From an uncultured delta proteobacterium (GTDB lineage: Bacteria; Desulfobacterota; Desulfobacteria; Desulfobacterales; Desulfosalsimonadaceae): a DNA stretch of 64,000 bases. The notes under the pieces were generated by a model. That model was given only the letters and a program-made list of their open reading frames with translations, ran no database searches and had not been told where the DNA came from. The stretch spans positions 160,001 through 224,000 of the forward strand of contig CAWGYD010000001.1 of the NCBI GenBank assembly GCA_963826785.1. Direction: 5' to 3'. The position numbers and the translations under genes are program-made. How positions within the stretch are numbered: the stretch's first letter is position 1; the number at the start of each line of letters is the position of its first letter. Positions 19,189-32,100 of this stretch are shown one piece after another.

Positions 19189-19218
19189 TTGACAATTAAA
19201 ATTTTAAATTGGTATAAA
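19189..19218 (+). promoter_or_regulatory. Sigma70 promoter of the tRNA-tuf operon
   Basis: TTGACA-N18-TATAAA with an upstream A-rich UP-like tract. Confidence 0.7.
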
Positions 19219-19320
19219 TAGTGGTTTAAAATTTCTTTAATTTTTTAGCCGGAAATTTTAAACCATAATACAGCTGAATTGCCAGTCAGCTGAGGGCATC
19301 ACCCGGCTTCTAAAAGATTT

Positions 19321-19396
19321 GCCAGCGTAGCTCAGTTGGTAGAGCTACTGATTTGTAATCAGTGGGTCGGGGGTTCGAGTCCCTTCGCTGGCTCCA
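19321..19396 (+). tRNA. tRNA-Thr(TGT)
   Basis: Cloverleaf, anticodon loop TT-TGT-AA, GTTCGAG T-loop, CCA end. Confidence 0.95.
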
Positions 19397-19403
19397 GTTT
19401 CGA

Positions 19404-19488
19404 GGTGGGGTTCCCGAGTGGCCAAAGGGAACAGACTGTAAATCTGTCGGCTCAGCCTTCGGAGGTTCAAATCCTCCCCCCACCACCA
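19404..19488 (+). tRNA. tRNA-Tyr(GTA)
   Basis: Cloverleaf with long variable arm, anticodon loop CT-GTA-AA, CCA end. Confidence 0.95.
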
Positions 19489-19629
19489 GCCCTTAAAAAG
19501 GTTTTATGTAGGAGATTTCGATCATTCGGAATCATGGACTACATGGCTGATTCAATCAGAGAAAACGCAAGGAGACGGTCTGTTGCCTTCTCCTTGTTCA
19601 GCGCATATGTAATGATGGTGTCCGGGTGC

Positions 19630-19704
19630 GCGGGAGTAGCTCAACGGTAGAGCTTCAGCCTTCCAAGCTGGATGTTGCGAGTTCGAATCTCGTCTCCCGC
19701 TCCA
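19630..19704 (+). tRNA. tRNA-Gly(TCC)
   Basis: GCGGGAG acceptor stem, anticodon loop CT-TCC-AA, GTTCGAA, TCCA end. Confidence 0.95.
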
Positions 19705-19726
19705 GTATGGCCGGACAACAGAAAAT

Positions 19727-19803
19727 GCCCACGTAGCTCAGTAGGTAGAGCGCTTCCTTGGTAAGGAAGAGGTTCACCGGTTCGATTCCGGTCGTGGGCT
19801 CCA
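19727..19803 (+). tRNA. tRNA-Thr(GGT)
   Basis: GCCCACG acceptor stem, anticodon loop TT-GGT-AA, CCA end; canonical Thr-Tyr-Gly-Thr-tuf order. Confidence 0.95.
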
Positions 19804-19891
19804 TTGTTTTATTTCTCTGATGGATGGACAAGGGATTCAGGCGATACAATAATAAAAAGACGGGCCATGAAAACACCGGGAGGAGCAGAAA

Positions 19892-21085
<1,194 letters not shown>

Positions 21086-21110
21086 CTGGGATTTGTCCAA
21101 GGGGTGATAT

Positions 21111-21260
21111 GTGAAAGTCAAGGTGACCCTCGCGTGCACAGAGTGCAAGAGAAGAAATTATTCAACGACCAAGAACAAGCGGACCAAACCGGAAAAAATG
21201 GAATTCAAAAAATATTGCAGATTTTGCAAGGTGCATACGCTGCATAGAGAAACCAAATAG
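21111..21260 (+). CDS. rpmG: 50S ribosomal protein L33 (Zn-binding type)
   Basis: Hand translation from [52 protein letters not shown]. Confidence 0.93.
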   Translation: MKVKVTLACTECKRRNYSTTKNKRTKPEKMEFKKYCRFCKVHTLHRETK

Positions 21261-21320
21261 CCCGGTGTTTCTGATTTCCGTCAAATAACCCGGAAAAAGG
21301 GTTATTCAGCTTTCAGGTAC

Positions 21321-21396
21321 AGGCCAGTAGCTCTAACGGCAGAGCGTCGGACTCCAAATCCGGTGGTTGGGGGTTCAAATCCCTCCTGGCCTGCCA
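21321..21396 (+). tRNA. tRNA-Trp(CCA)
   Basis: AGGCCAG acceptor stem, anticodon loop CT-CCA-AA, GCCA end; canonical position before secE. Confidence 0.93.
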
Positions 21397-21410
21397 AAAA
21401 TAAATGGATG

Positions 21411-21478
21411 GAAAGCTCAAAGATTGAAATTCAAGACCGTGATAAATTGATTTTTCATCTTTGAGCTTTCAATTTTTT
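21411..21478 (+). terminator. Long stem-loop between tRNA-Trp and secE (terminator/attenuator candidate)
   Basis: GAAAGCTCAAAGAT...ATCTTTGAGCTTTC 14-bp perfect outer stem followed by AATTTTTT. Confidence 0.55.
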
Positions 21479-21488
21479 GGGAGTCTAA

Positions 21489-21893
21489 ATGGCACGGATC
21501 CAAAAGAAGAAAGCCTCAGATATCAAAAGAAAGAAAACCGGCGAGGAGGGCGCCTCTCAGCCGGTGTCCGGCCGGGATGAATCCGCCCGGGCCGATTCGG
21601 CTCCGGAAACGGTTGCTTCGGCAGACGCGGAGCGGAAACGGAAGAAGCTCTATGCCCCCCCGAAGCGATTCGGGCAGGAACAGACCGCTATGGCGCGTCT
21701 GGTGGATCGCTATTTCGGCTCTTGGATCCAGTTTCTCCGGGAAGTCAAGATCGAGCTGAGCAAGGTGGCATGGCCGTCGCGGAAGCAAACCATCGCCTCG
21801 ACTGCCATCGTGATCGTATTCGTGTTCCTGATCGCGCTGTTTCTGGGGGTCGTGGACGTCACTTTATCGAGCCTGATCCGCTTGGTCATATAG
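21489..21893 (+). CDS. secE: Preprotein translocase subunit SecE with charged N-terminal extension
   Basis: [18 protein letters not shown] plus one TM helix; located between tRNA-Trp and nusG. Confidence 0.9.
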   Translation: MARIQKKKASDIKRKKTGEEGASQPVSGRDESARADSAPETVASADAERKRKKLYAPPKRFGQEQTAMARLVDRYFGSWIQFLREVKIELSKVAWPSRKQTIASTAIVIVFVFLIALFLGVVDVTLSSLIRLVI

Positions 21894-21909
21894 AACCGGG
21901 GAAGTCGTC

Positions 21910-22440
21910 ATGGCGCTCAAATGGTATATTTTACACGTTTATTCGGGTTTTGAAGCCCGGGTGAAAACCAATCTGGAAGAACGGATCGCCACCTCGGGCC
22001 TTTCCGATAAATTCGGGGAGGTGGTGGTTCCCACTGAGCAGGTGGTGGAACTGGTCAAGGGAAAACGCAAGACTTCCAGCCGCAAGTTCTACCCGGGTTA
22101 TATCCTGATCCGGATGGATCTGAATGAAGATACATGGCACCTGGTCAATTCGACGGCTAAAGTCACCGGTTTTCTGGGGGGAAGAGACAAGCCCGTGGCC
22201 ATCGGCGACGAGGAAGCCGACCAGATATTGAACCGGATGGAAGCGGGCAAATTGAAGCCCCAGCCGAAATTTTATTTCGAGGTGGGAGATGAAATCCGCG
22301 TCGTTGACGGACCCTTTACCAATTTCAACGGTACGGTGGAGGATGTGAATCCGGAGAAGGGGAAGCTCAAGGTCCTCGTGAGCATTTTCGGGCGGTCAAC
22401 TCCGGTGGAACTGGATTTCGTACAGGTGTCCAAAAGTTAA
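21910..22440 (+). CDS. nusG: Transcription termination/antitermination factor NusG
   Basis: [19 protein letters not shown] motif [18 protein letters not shown]. Confidence 0.97.
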   Translation: MALKWYILHVYSGFEARVKTNLEERIATSGLSDKFGEVVVPTEQVVELVKGKRKTSSRKFYPGYILIRMDLNEDTWHLVNSTAKVTGFLGGRDKPVAIGDEEADQILNRMEAGKLKPQPKFYFEVGDEIRVVDGPFTNFNGTVEDVNPEKGKLKVLVSIFGRSTPVELDFVQVSKS

Positions 22441-22524
22441 GGCGCCTCAGCAGGTCCCCGGTTGCTGCGAATAAAAGCGCGCATGCGGCTTTTTACGATA
22501 TTTTAAAATTCAGGAGTGTATGGC

Positions 22525-22947
22525 ATGGCAAAGAAAGTGATCGCACAGGTGAAGCTGCAGGTAAAGGCCGGAAAGGCCAATCCTTCGCCGCCCATCGGCC
22601 CGGCCCTGGGTCAGCATGGCGTGAATATCATGGATTTCTGTAAGGCATTCAACGCCCGAACCGCAAACGAAGAAGGCATGATCATTCCGGTCGTGTTGAC
22701 CGTATACCAGGACAAGACCTTCACGTTTATCACCAAGACCCCGCCCGCGTCGGTCCTGTTGAAAAAAGCCGCCGGGATCGCCAAGGGATCCGGTGAACCC
22801 AAATCGACCAAGGTGGGCAAAGTTACACGGGCCCAGGTGGAAGAGATTGCGAAATTGAAAATGGCGGATTTGAATGCCGCCGATCCGGAAGGTGCTTTCA
22901 GGATCATTGCGGGAACGGCCAGAAGCATGGGGCTTGAAGTCGTTTAA
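22525..22947 (+). CDS. rplK: 50S ribosomal protein L11
   Basis: [34 protein letters not shown] at 22525 after AGGAG. Confidence 0.97.
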   Translation: MAKKVIAQVKLQVKAGKANPSPPIGPALGQHGVNIMDFCKAFNARTANEEGMIIPVVLTVYQDKTFTFITKTPPASVLLKKAAGIAKGSGEPKSTKVGKVTRAQVEEIAKLKMADLNAADPEGAFRIIAGTARSMGLEVV

Positions 22948-22970
22948 GAAGAAAGGGAGTAATTCAACCA

Positions 22971-23675
22971 ATGCCGAAACATGGAAAAAAATACAGAGAA
23001 GTTCGCTCCAAATCCGATCCGCAAAAGCGGTACACATTTGAAGAAGCGGTGGAAGGGGCAATCGGTTCTTCCTTTGCGAAATTCGATGAAACTGTTGATT
23101 TTGCGGTAAAACTGGGCGTTGACCCCCGCCATGCGGACCAGATGGTTCGCGGATCCATCGTTCTGCCCAATGGCATCGGCAAGGACGTGAAGGTGCTGGT
23201 ATTCGCAAAAGGCGAAAAAGTCAAGGAAGCCGAAGATGCCGGAGCCGATTTTGTGGGCAATGAGGATCTGATCGAAAAGATCAAAGGGGGATGGTTCGGG
23301 TTTGACAAAGCCGTGGCCACGCCGGATGTGATGGGTACGGTGGGGAAGATCGGGAAAATCCTCGGGCCCCGGGGACTGATGCCCAATGCCAAGACCGGCA
23401 CGGTCACCTTTGATGTGACAAAAGCCATCGGTGAACTCAAGGCCGGCCGTATCGATTTCCGGGTGGAAAAAGCCGGAATTATTCATGTCCCCATGGGAAA
23501 GGTTTCCTTCGGTCCCCAGAAGGTCCTGGAAAATATGGCCGCCTTCATGGAACTGGTGGTCAAGATCAAACCGTCTTCCAGCAAGGGAACTTACATCAAG
23601 AGCATCGCCGTGTCTTCCACCATGGGGCCCGGCTTTAAAATTGATCCCGTATACGTCAAGGATCTGTTCAAATAG
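22971..23675 (+). CDS. rplA: 50S ribosomal protein L1
   Basis: [29 protein letters not shown]. Confidence 0.97.
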   Translation: MPKHGKKYREVRSKSDPQKRYTFEEAVEGAIGSSFAKFDETVDFAVKLGVDPRHADQMVRGSIVLPNGIGKDVKVLVFAKGEKVKEAEDAGADFVGNEDLIEKIKGGWFGFDKAVATPDVMGTVGKIGKILGPRGLMPNAKTGTVTFDVTKAIGELKAGRIDFRVEKAGIIHVPMGKVSFGPQKVLENMAAFMELVVKIKPSSSKGTYIKSIAVSSTMGPGFKIDPVYVKDLFK

Positions 23676-23692
23676 CAGGTTCAAATCATTTT

Positions 23693-23762
23693 CTGTCAAA
23701 GACCGTAGGTCCGCCCCGGCTCGAGGGGCGGTATAATCGGAGTATCCGGCCTACCGAGGCAG
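23693..23762 (+). ncRNA. L10 leader (autogenous ribosomal protein leader RNA)
   Basis: CTGTC-AAAGACCGTAGG...TAAT...CCTACCGAGGCAG matches the AGAC.GTAGG / CCTAC.GAGG signature upstream of rplJ. Confidence 0.8.
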
Positions 23763-23822
23763 TCTTTCTGATACTGTGTCCTCCCTCCGGTTTTTTACAG
23801 ATTCAGAAAGGAGGTGTAAAAT

Positions 23823-24347
23823 TTGTTAAAAATAGCTGAAAAACAACAGCTTGTTGACGAACTTCACGAGAAATTCCTCAAATCCAAAATCGTCATTGTA
23901 ACGGATTACAAGGGACTCAACGTCACCAAGATCAATGAACTGCGAAAGAAGCTCCGAGAAGCCGATCTCGAGTTCAAAGTGGTGAAAAATACCCTGTTGA
24001 TCCGCGCTGCCGATGAAACCGATGTGGCCGTGGTAAAGGATCATTTTCAGGGGCCGAGCGCAATCGTGATGAGCTATGGCGACCCGGTGAATCCGGCCAA
24101 GATCCTGTTTGATTTTGCAAAAGACAACGACAAACTGCAGATCAAAGCCGGTGCCATGGGCGGAAAACTGCTGGATATGGCGGCCATCAAGAGCCTTTCC
24201 ACGCTGCCGTCCCGCGAAGTATTGCTGAGTCAGGTTTTGCGGACAATGAATGCAGTTCCGACATCGCTGGTTCGTGCATTGAGCAATGTGCCGGAGCGTT
24301 TTCTGTATGCGCTTCAGGCCATCCGGGACCAGAAGGAAGCGGCTTAG
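23823..24347 (+). CDS. rplJ: 50S ribosomal protein L10
   Basis: TTG start after AAGGAGGT; DYKGLNV, KVVKNTL, LPSRE. Confidence 0.95.
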   Translation: MLKIAEKQQLVDELHEKFLKSKIVIVTDYKGLNVTKINELRKKLREADLEFKVVKNTLLIRAADETDVAVVKDHFQGPSAIVMSYGDPVNPAKILFDFAKDNDKLQIKAGAMGGKLLDMAAIKSLSTLPSREVLLSQVLRTMNAVPTSLVRALSNVPERFLYALQAIRDQKEAA

Positions 24348-24430
24348 GCAAGGCAGTTTTCATAAAAATCCATTTACGCAAATTTGAAATTTAAATTTTT
24401 TAGATTAGACATAAAAGAGAGGTTTTAGCC

Positions 24431-24814
24431 ATGGCTGATATCACTAAAAATGATGTAATCGATTTTATCGCCAACATGTCCGTTCTTGAACTTTCCGAAC
24501 TGGTCAAGGAGCTTGAAGAAAAATTCGGTGTTTCCGCTGCAGCGCCGGTAGCGTTTGCGGGCGCCCCCATGGCCGGCGAAGCGGCTGCTCCGGCCGAAGA
24601 GAAAACGGAATTTGACGTCGTTCTCATCGGTTTTGGAGACAAAAAGATCCAGGTGATCAAGGAGATCCGCGCCATTACCGGATTGGGTTTGAAGGAAGCC
24701 AAAGCGCTGGTGGAGGAAGCCCCCAAGCCGGTCAAGGAAGGCATCGTTAAAGAAGATGCTGAAAAGATCAAAGAGCAGCTCGAAAGCGCAGGAGCCACTG
24801 TGGAAATCAAGTAA
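24431..24814 (+). CDS. rplL: 50S ribosomal protein L7/L12
   Basis: [27 protein letters not shown]. Confidence 0.97.
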   Translation: MADITKNDVIDFIANMSVLELSELVKELEEKFGVSAAAPVAFAGAPMAGEAAAPAEEKTEFDVVLIGFGDKKIQVIKEIRAITGLGLKEAKALVEEAPKPVKEGIVKEDAEKIKEQLESAGATVEIK

Positions 24815-24879
24815 TTGTTTCATGCAAACATTTGACATTGCATGAAATGACCTTACAATTGGGGATTTGTAAAATACGG

Positions 24880-24908
24880 CGCCCGGATTATTCCGGGCGA
24901 CTGTTTTT
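24880..24908 (+). terminator. Attenuator-like hairpin between rplL and rpoB
   Basis: CGCCCGGA-TTAT-TCCGGGCG followed by ACTGTTTTT. Confidence 0.5.
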
Positions 24909-24939
24909 AATTGTTTTTTAACCCCTATCTGGAGACGCC

Positions 24940-27900
24940 ATGACAGTTAATCCCCCGAAATATAAACGGATCAGGAAAAATTTCGGTCGCATCAAATCGA
25001 TTGTCGATATACCGGATCTTATCGGGATGCAGCGGGAATCGTATGAACGGTTTCTGCAGATGGAAGTTCCGCCTGAAAAAAGAGAAGATATCGGGCTCCA
25101 GTCCGTGTTTAATTCGGTTTATCCTATCAAGGATTTTACGGGAACCGCATCCCTGGAATTTGTATCCTATCATTTCGGTGAAGTGAAACATTCGGTCGGT
25201 GAATGCATCAACCGGGGCATGACACACGAGATTTCGCTGCGCATCCGCGTCCGCCTGGTGGTCTATGACACGGACAAGGAAACCGGAGTGTCCAATATCC
25301 GGGACATCAAAGAGCAGGAAATCTATTTCGGCACCATCCCCCTGATGACGGAAAAAGGGACCTTTATCATCAACGGCACGGAACGCGCCGTGGTCAGCCA
25401 GCTGCACCGCTCCTCCGGCGTCTTCTTCGACCATGACAAGGGAAAGACCCATTCTTCCGGCAAGATCATCTACACGGCCCGGATCATCCCGGTGCGCGGG
25501 TCCTGGATCGATATGGAAATCGATCCCAAGGATATCGTCTACATCCGGATCGACAGACGGCGCAAGTTCCCGGTCACCCTGCTGTTCAAGGCGTTCGGCT
25601 ACACCGATGACGATATTCTGTCTTATTTTTATTATAAAGAAGCGATTTACATTAAAAAAAGTCAGTTTTTCCGGGATCTGAACCCCGAATTTCTCAAGGG
25701 GCAGCGGCCGGGCAAGGACATTGTCCATCCCGAAACCGGTGAAGTGCTGATCAAAAAAGGCCGCGTTTTCTCCAAAAAAGCGATGCGGGACCTTCAACAG
25801 GCCGGCATCGATCAGATTTCGCTGGCCAAAGATGAAATCATCGGGCGGGTCGTCGCCAACGATGTGCTCCACCCCGAGTCCGGCGAAGTGCTGGCCAAGA
25901 GCAACGAAACCCTTGACAAGGACGTGCTCAAGACCATTATGGACGCCGGGATATCCCGATTCGAGCTGCTGGTCATGGAGGGCCCCTATGCCAGCAACGC
26001 CATCCAGAAAACCCTGCTCATGGACAAGGTGGCCACCAAGGAAGACGCCCTGATCGACATCTATCGGCGGCTTCGGCCCGGAAACCCCGCCACGCCGGAA
26101 GTGGCCCAGGATTTCGTGGATCACCTGTTTTTCAAAAACGCCTATTATGATCTGTCGGGCGTGGGCCGGCTAAAAATCAATCACCGCCTCGGCATCGCCA
26201 CGCCAATCGATGTGCGGATTTTGCGGAAGGAAGACATCCTGCTCACCGCCAAAACGCTGGTGGAACTGCGGGACAACCAGGGTCCGGTGGATGATATCGA
26301 TCACCTGGGCAACCGCCGGGTCCGGGCCGTGGGTGAACTGCTGGAAAATCAGTACCGCATCGGCCTGGTGCGCATGGAGCGGGCCATTAAAGAGCGGATG
26401 AGTATGCAGGAAGTCGATGCCCTCATGCCCAACGACCTGGTCAATCCCAAGCCGGTGTCTGCGGTGGTGAAGGAATTTTTCGGCACCAGCCAGCTTTCCC
26501 AGTTTCTGGACCAGACCAACCCTTTGTCTGAAACCACCCATAAACGGCGCTTGAGCGCCCTGGGGCCCGGGGGTCTGACCCGGGACCGGGCCGGCTTTGA
26601 GGTCCGCGACGTGCATCCCTCCCATTACGGACGGATATGTCCCATCGAGACGCCTGAAGGGCCCAATATCGGTTTGATCGTATCCTTGTGCACTTATGCC
26701 CGCGTGAACAAATTCGGGTTCATCGAAACCCCCTACCGGGTGGTGACCGATTCCACGGTCTCCACAGACATCCGGATGCTCAGCGCGTTTGAGGAAAAGG
26801 AGCACCCCATCGCCCAGGCCAACGCGCCGGTAAATGAAAAAAACACGTATGTCAATCCGGTGGTCATTTCCCGGGTGGACGGCGAGTTCATGCGCATCCC
26901 CAGAGAAGAGATCGAATTGATGGACATCTCTCCCAACCAGCTGGTGAGCGTCTCGGCTTCCCTGATCCCTTTTCTGGAAAATGACGACGCCAACCGCGCC
27001 CTGATGGGATCGAACATGATGCGCCAGGCGGTTCCGCTGCTGGACAGCAAAGCGCCCCTGGTGGGCACCGGCATCGAAGGGGTGGTGGCCCGGGATTCCG
27101 GGGTGACCATCGTGGCCAAGCGCCCGGGACAGGTAATGGACGTGGACGCTTCCCGAATCGTGCTGAAGCACGAGCCCACCGGGGCTGCGTCGGAAAAGGA
27201 TGTCACCATATACAATCTGTCCAAATTTATCCGGTCCAACCAGAATACCTGCTTCAATCATCGGCCCATCGTCCGGAAGGGCGACTGGGTGGAAGCCGGC
27301 GATATTATCGCCGATGGTCCGGCCACGGAAAAGGGGGAGCTGGCGCTGGGCAAAAATGTCACCGTGGCCTTCATGCCCTGGGGCGGGTACAACTTCGAAG
27401 ATTCCATTCTCGTCTCCGACCGGCTGGTCAGAGACGGTGTATTTACTTCCATCCATATCGAGGAATTTGAGGTCCTGGCCCGGGATACCAAGCTGGGCAA
27501 GGAAGAAATCACCCGGGATATTCCCAATGTGGGCGAAGAGGCCTTAAAGGACCTGGATGAATGCGGCATCATCCGCCTGGGCGCCGAAGTGGGTCCCGGC
27601 GATATTCTGGTGGGCAAGGTCACCCCCAAGGGGGAAACACAGCTGTCCCCGGAAGAGAAGCTGCTGCGGGCGATTTTCGGTGAAAAGGCCGGTGAGGTGA
27701 AGGATACCTCATTGCGGGTTCCGCCCGGCGTCAATGGAATCGTCATCGATGCCAAGGTGTTTTCCCGCCGGGGCGTGCAGAAGGACGATCGCACCCAGTC
27801 CATCGAGGACGAGGAAATTTCCCAGTTGGAAAAAGACCGGGATGATGAAATCAAGATCATCGAGGAAATGGCCCGAAATGAAATCGGTTCCCTGATCGCG

Positions 27901-29031
27901 GGCAAGCAGACGGCAGAAGATCTCTCAGACGGCAAAAAGGTGCTGATTCCCAAGGATACCCGGCTGGATCATAAGAAAATCGCCAAGATCCCGCTGGTCA
28001 AGCTTGAAGCCCTCGCCTTGAAAGACGCTAAAATTTCGGACAAGCTGCAGGAACTGCTGGGCCGGTTCCGTGAACAGGCGGACCTGGCGCGGCGGGCATT
28101 TGATGAGCAGATCCGGGCGTATGAGCGGGGCGATGACCTGCCCCCCGGCGTTATCAAGATGATCAAAATTTATGTGGCCATGAAGCGGACACTGTCCGTG
28201 GGCGATAAAATGGCCGGCCGGCACGGTAACAAGGGCGTGGTCTCGCGGGTTTTGCCGGAAGAGGATCTGCCCTATTTCGAAGACGGCCGGTGTGTCGATA
28301 TGGTGCTCAACCCCCTGGGGGTTCCCTCCCGGATGAATGTCGGCCAGATTCTGGAAATTCATCTGGGCCGGGCCGCGAAAGGACTGGGCGACCAGATTAA
28401 TACGCTGCTGGAATTGCACAAGAAAAAGGAACTCAAGGCCAAGCTGAAAGCGATATTTTCGGGATCCCCGGAAGAGCCGATGTTCGATAAAATGTCCGAA
28501 GACGAGGCGGCGGAATTCGCAAAAGAATACATGGACGGTGTTCATATGATGACGCCGGTTTTTGACGGCGCCAAGGAAGACGAAATCAAGAACCTTCTGA
28601 CAGAAGCGAATTTCAGCCGAACGGGGCAGGCCATCCTGTTTGACGGCCGCACCGGCGAACCGTTTGACGGAAGGATCACCGTGGGGACCATGTACATGCT
28701 CAAGCTTCACCACCTGGTGGATGACAAACTCCACGCCCGGTCCATTGGCCCCTATTCGCTGGTAACCCAGCAGCCGCTGGGCGGCAAGGCCCAGTTTGGC
28801 GGCCAGCGCCTGGGAGAAATGGAGGTCTGGGCCATGGAAGCTTACGGTGCGGCCTATGCCCTTCAGGAATTTCTGACCGTCAAGTCCGACGATATGGCCG
28901 GGAGAACCCGGATGTATGAGAAAATCGTCAAGGGACAAAATGTATTCGAACCAGGCCTGCCGGAATCATTCCGGGTGCTCACAAAAGAATTGCAGAGCCT
29001 GGGTATCGATATCAACCTGATCGAAGAGTAG
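24940..29031 (+). CDS. rpoB: DNA-directed RNA polymerase beta subunit
   Basis: [50 protein letters not shown]. Confidence 0.98.
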   Translation: MTVNPPKYKRIRKNFGRIKSIVDIPDLIGMQRESYERFLQMEVPPEKREDIGLQSVFNSVYPIKDFTGTASLEFVSYHFGEVKHSVGECINRGMTHEISLRIRVRLVVYDTDKETGVSNIRDIKEQEIYFGTIPLMTEKGTFIINGTERAVVSQLHRSSGVFFDHDKGKTHSSGKIIYTARIIPVRGSWIDMEIDPKDIVYIRIDRRRKFPVTLLFKAFGYTDDDILSYFYYKEAIYIKKSQFFRDLNPEFLKGQRPGKDIVHPETGEVLIKKGRVFSKKAMRDLQQAGIDQISLAKDEIIGRVVANDVLHPESGEVLAKSNETLDKDVLKTIMDAGISRFELLVMEGPYASNAIQKTLLMDKVATKEDALIDIYRRLRPGNPATPEVAQDFVDHLFFKNAYYDLSGVGRLKINHRLGIATPIDVRILRKEDILLTAKTLVELRDNQGPVDDIDHLGNRRVRAVGELLENQYRIGLVRMERAIKERMSMQEVDALMPNDLVNPKPVSAVVKEFFGTSQLSQFLDQTNPLSETTHKRRLSALGPGGLTRDRAGFEVRDVHPSHYGRICPIETPEGPNIGLIVSLCTYARVNKFGFIETPYRVVTDSTVSTDIRMLSAFEEKEHPIAQANAPVNEKNTYVNPVVISRVDGEFMRIPREEIELMDISPNQLVSVSASLIPFLENDDANRALMGSNMMRQAVPLLDSKAPLVGTGIEGVVARDSGVTIVAKRPGQVMDVDASRIVLKHEPTGAASEKDVTIYNLSKFIRSNQNTCFNHRPIVRKGDWVEAGDIIADGPATEKGELALGKNVTVAFMPWGGYNFEDSILVSDRLVRDGVFTSIHIEEFEVLARDTKLGKEEITRDIPNVGEEALKDLDECGIIRLGAEVGPGDILVGKVTPKGETQLSPEEKLLRAIFGEKAGEVKDTSLRVPPGVNGIVIDAKVFSRRGVQKDDRTQSIEDEEISQLEKDRDDEIKIIEEMARNEIGSLIAGKQTAEDLSDGKKVLIPKDTRLDHKKIAKIPLVKLEALALKDAKISDKLQELLGRFREQADLARRAFDEQIRAYERGDDLPPGVIKMIKIYVAMKRTLSVGDKMAGRHGNKGVVSRVLPEEDLPYFEDGRCVDMVLNPLGVPSRMNVGQILEIHLGRAAKGLGDQINTLLELHKKKELKAKLKAIFSGSPEEPMFDKMSEDEAAEFAKEYMDGVHMMTPVFDGAKEDEIKNLLTEANFSRTGQAILFDGRTGEPFDGRITVGTMYMLKLHHLVDDKLHARSIGPYSLVTQQPLGGKAQFGGQRLGEMEVWAMEAYGAAYALQEFLTVKSDDMAGRTRMYEKIVKGQNVFEPGLPESFRVLTKELQSLGIDINLIEE

Positions 29032-29165
29032 ACTGTTTTGAATTCAATGATACCCTGCGGCAAGTATCATAACGCCGGCTGACAGAGCGTGAGTTGAAAA
29101 ACCGGCGACGCGGGCAGCACCGGTAGCGATTGAATGCGAAATGAAAAAAATAAAAGGAGAAATCT

Positions 29166-32100
29166 TTGGAAACATTATATGATTTCTTTATAAAACCGAA
29201 AAACCCACGGTGTTATAAGGGCGTCCAAATTGCGCTGTCGTCTCCGGAAATGATTCGGAGCTGGTCACATGGTGAGATCAAGAAACCTGAGACCATTAAT
29301 TACCGCACCTTTAAACCCGAACGGGACGGCCTGTTCTGCGCCAAGATTTTCGGGCCCACCAAGGATTACGAGTGCAACTGCGGCAAGTACAAACGGATGA
29401 AGCATCGGGGCGTCATCTGCGAAAAATGCGGTGTGGAGGTGATCCAGTCCAAAGTCCGGCGGGAGCGCATGGCCCATATCGATCTGGCCTGCCCGGTATC
29501 TCATATCTGGTTTTTGAAAAGCCTGCCCAGCAAGATCGGAAACCTTTTGGACTTGACCCTGAAGTCCCTTGAAAAGGTGATTTATTTCGACAATTACATC
29601 GTCATCGATCCCAAGGAGACGGGGCTTTCGCCCATGCAGCTGCTGTCCGAGGAAAAATATCGGGAGGCGCGGGAACTCTATGGCGCGAAATTCGAGGCCG
29701 GCATCGGAGCGGAAGCCATCCGCACCCTGATGGAGCGGATCGATATCGAAAAACTCTACAATGAACTGCGGACGGGCATCCAGGAAACCGGATCCGACGC
29801 CAAGCGCAAGAAACTGGCCAAGCGGCTCAAGGTGGTGGATGCATTCCGGCAGTCGGGGTTGAATCCCGTATGGATGGTCCTCGAAGCCATACCGGTGCTC
29901 CCGCCCGAACTGCGGCCGCTGGTGCCGCTGGAAGGCGGCCGGTTCGCGACTTCCGACTTAAACGATCTGTACCGGCGCGTGATCAACCGGAACAACCGGT
30001 TAAAGCGCCTGATGGACCTGAAAGCCCCCGATATCATCGTGCGCAATGAAAAACGGATGCTCCAGGAAGCCGTGGATGTCCTCATCGACAACGGCCGCCA
30101 GGGGCGGGTGGTGACCGGGACCAACAAGCGCCCCCTGAAATCGCTCAGCGAAACCCTGAAAGGCAAGCAGGGACGGTTTCGGCAGAACCTGCTGGGAAAG
30201 CGCGTCGACTACTCCGGACGAAGCGTTATCACCATCGGCCCCAACCTGCGGCTGCATCAATGCGGATTGCCCAAGCAGATGGCCCTTGAGCTGTTCAAAC
30301 CGTTTATTTATCACCGTCTGGAAAAAAAGGGGATCGTCACCAACGTCAAGAGCGCCAAGAAATGGGCCGAGCGCAAGAGTCCCGAGGTCTGGGATACGTT
30401 AGACGAGGTGGTCAAGGAATACCCCATCATGCTCAACCGCGCCCCCACCCTGCACCGGCTGGGTATCCAGGCATTCGAACCGGTGCTGATCGAGGGCAAG
30501 GCCATCCAGCTGCATCCCCTGGTCTGTACGGCATTCAACGCGGACTTCGACGGCGACCAGATGGCGGTGCACATTCCACTGTCTCTGGAAGCCCAGATCG
30601 AGGCCCGGGTGCTCATGCTGGCCTCAAACAACATTCTGTCCCCGGCCAACGGCAGCCCCATTATCGTCCCCACCCAGGACATCGTTCTCGGGCTCTACTA
30701 CATGACCCTGGGGCTGCAGAATGCCCGGGGGGACGGAATGGAATTTTCCGGCCCTGGCGAAGTGCGCTGCGCTTTTGATTCCGGTGCGGTGGATCTCCAT
30801 GCGAAAATCAAAGTCCGCATGGACGGCACCCGGTACGATACCACGGTGGGTCGCATTCTGCTGTGGGAGCTGATTCCCAAAGGCGAAAGCTATATCCTGC
30901 GCCACATCATGGTGCCCGATGAAGAAAAGGCGCATGCGGTGCTCGAAGAGATCGCCGGCGGCGCCTCATTTCGAGACATGGTGCACAAATACTCGGAGGC
31001 GTTTGATAAAACATATACCGGAAACATCGGGCTGCTTGAAAAGGGGGAATTCAAGGAAATATTTCAGCTCAAGGACGCCGAAGCCGGCAAGGTGTTTTCG
31101 CTCAAGCAGGATGAGATCAGCCATATTGTCCGTTCGGGCGGAAAATATCATCTTTTCAAGGTCATCGAGATCCGCAGGGAAATCCCCTTTGTGATGATCA
31201 ACAAGGTGCTCAACAAGAAAGGCCTGAGGGAACTGGTGGACTTCACCTACCGGCACAAGGGCCCCAAGGCCACGGTGGTGCTCTCCGACCAGCTCAAGGA
31301 TATCGGATACCGCCAGTCTACCGCCGGCGGGCTTTCCATCTCCATCGACGCCATGATCATCCCGGAAAGTAAAACGAGCATCTTGACCAAGGCCGAAAAG
31401 GAAGTGTCCGATATCACCAAGCAGTACACGGAAGGTCTCATCACCCAGGGGGAAAAATACAACAAGGTTGTCGACATCTGGGCCAAAGCCACCGATGACA
31501 TCGCCGATGCCATGATGGACGCCATGGAAAAACCCTATGAGGGCGTCCTGGAGAAACTGGCCCCCAGCGAAGACAACCGACTGGTCAAATCGAACGGGGG
31601 CGGGGATATGATCAACCCCATCTTCATGATGGCCGATTCCGGCGCCCGTGGAAGCAAGGACCAGATGCGTCAGCTGGCCGGTATGCGGGGGCTCATGGCC
31701 AAGCCTTCCGGAGAAATCATCGAAACGCCCATCACCGCCAATTTCCGTGAAGGTCTGTCGGTGCTCCAGTACTTCATCTCCACCCACGGGGCCCGCAAGG
31801 GTCTGGCGGATACCGCGCTGAAGACGGCCAACTCCGGGTACCTGACCCGGCGGCTGGCTGACGTGGCACAGGACTGCACGGTCATCGAAGATGACTGCGG
31901 CGTGCGCATGGGACTGGAGATCGAGGCCCTTCTGGAAGGCGGGGAAGTGATTCAGCCGCTGTCCGAGCGCGTACTCGGCCGGGTGGCCCTGGAAAATGTA
32001 TTGGATCCGTTTACGGACGACGTCCTCATCCACGCCGGTGATGAAATTGATGAAGCCGGCGTGAAGAAGATCGATGAGGCGGGCGTCACCTCCGTGCGGA

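Noticed and set aside
19336..19876. ORFs 19336..19650 and 19655..19876
   Set aside because: They overlap tRNA genes and are spurious translations.
30885..31181. rpoC insertion as an intein or intron
   Set aside because: No N-terminal Cys/Ser splice context, no terminal His-Asn followed by Cys/Ser/Thr, no endonuclease motifs. It is short, in frame and matches a parvulin pattern instead.
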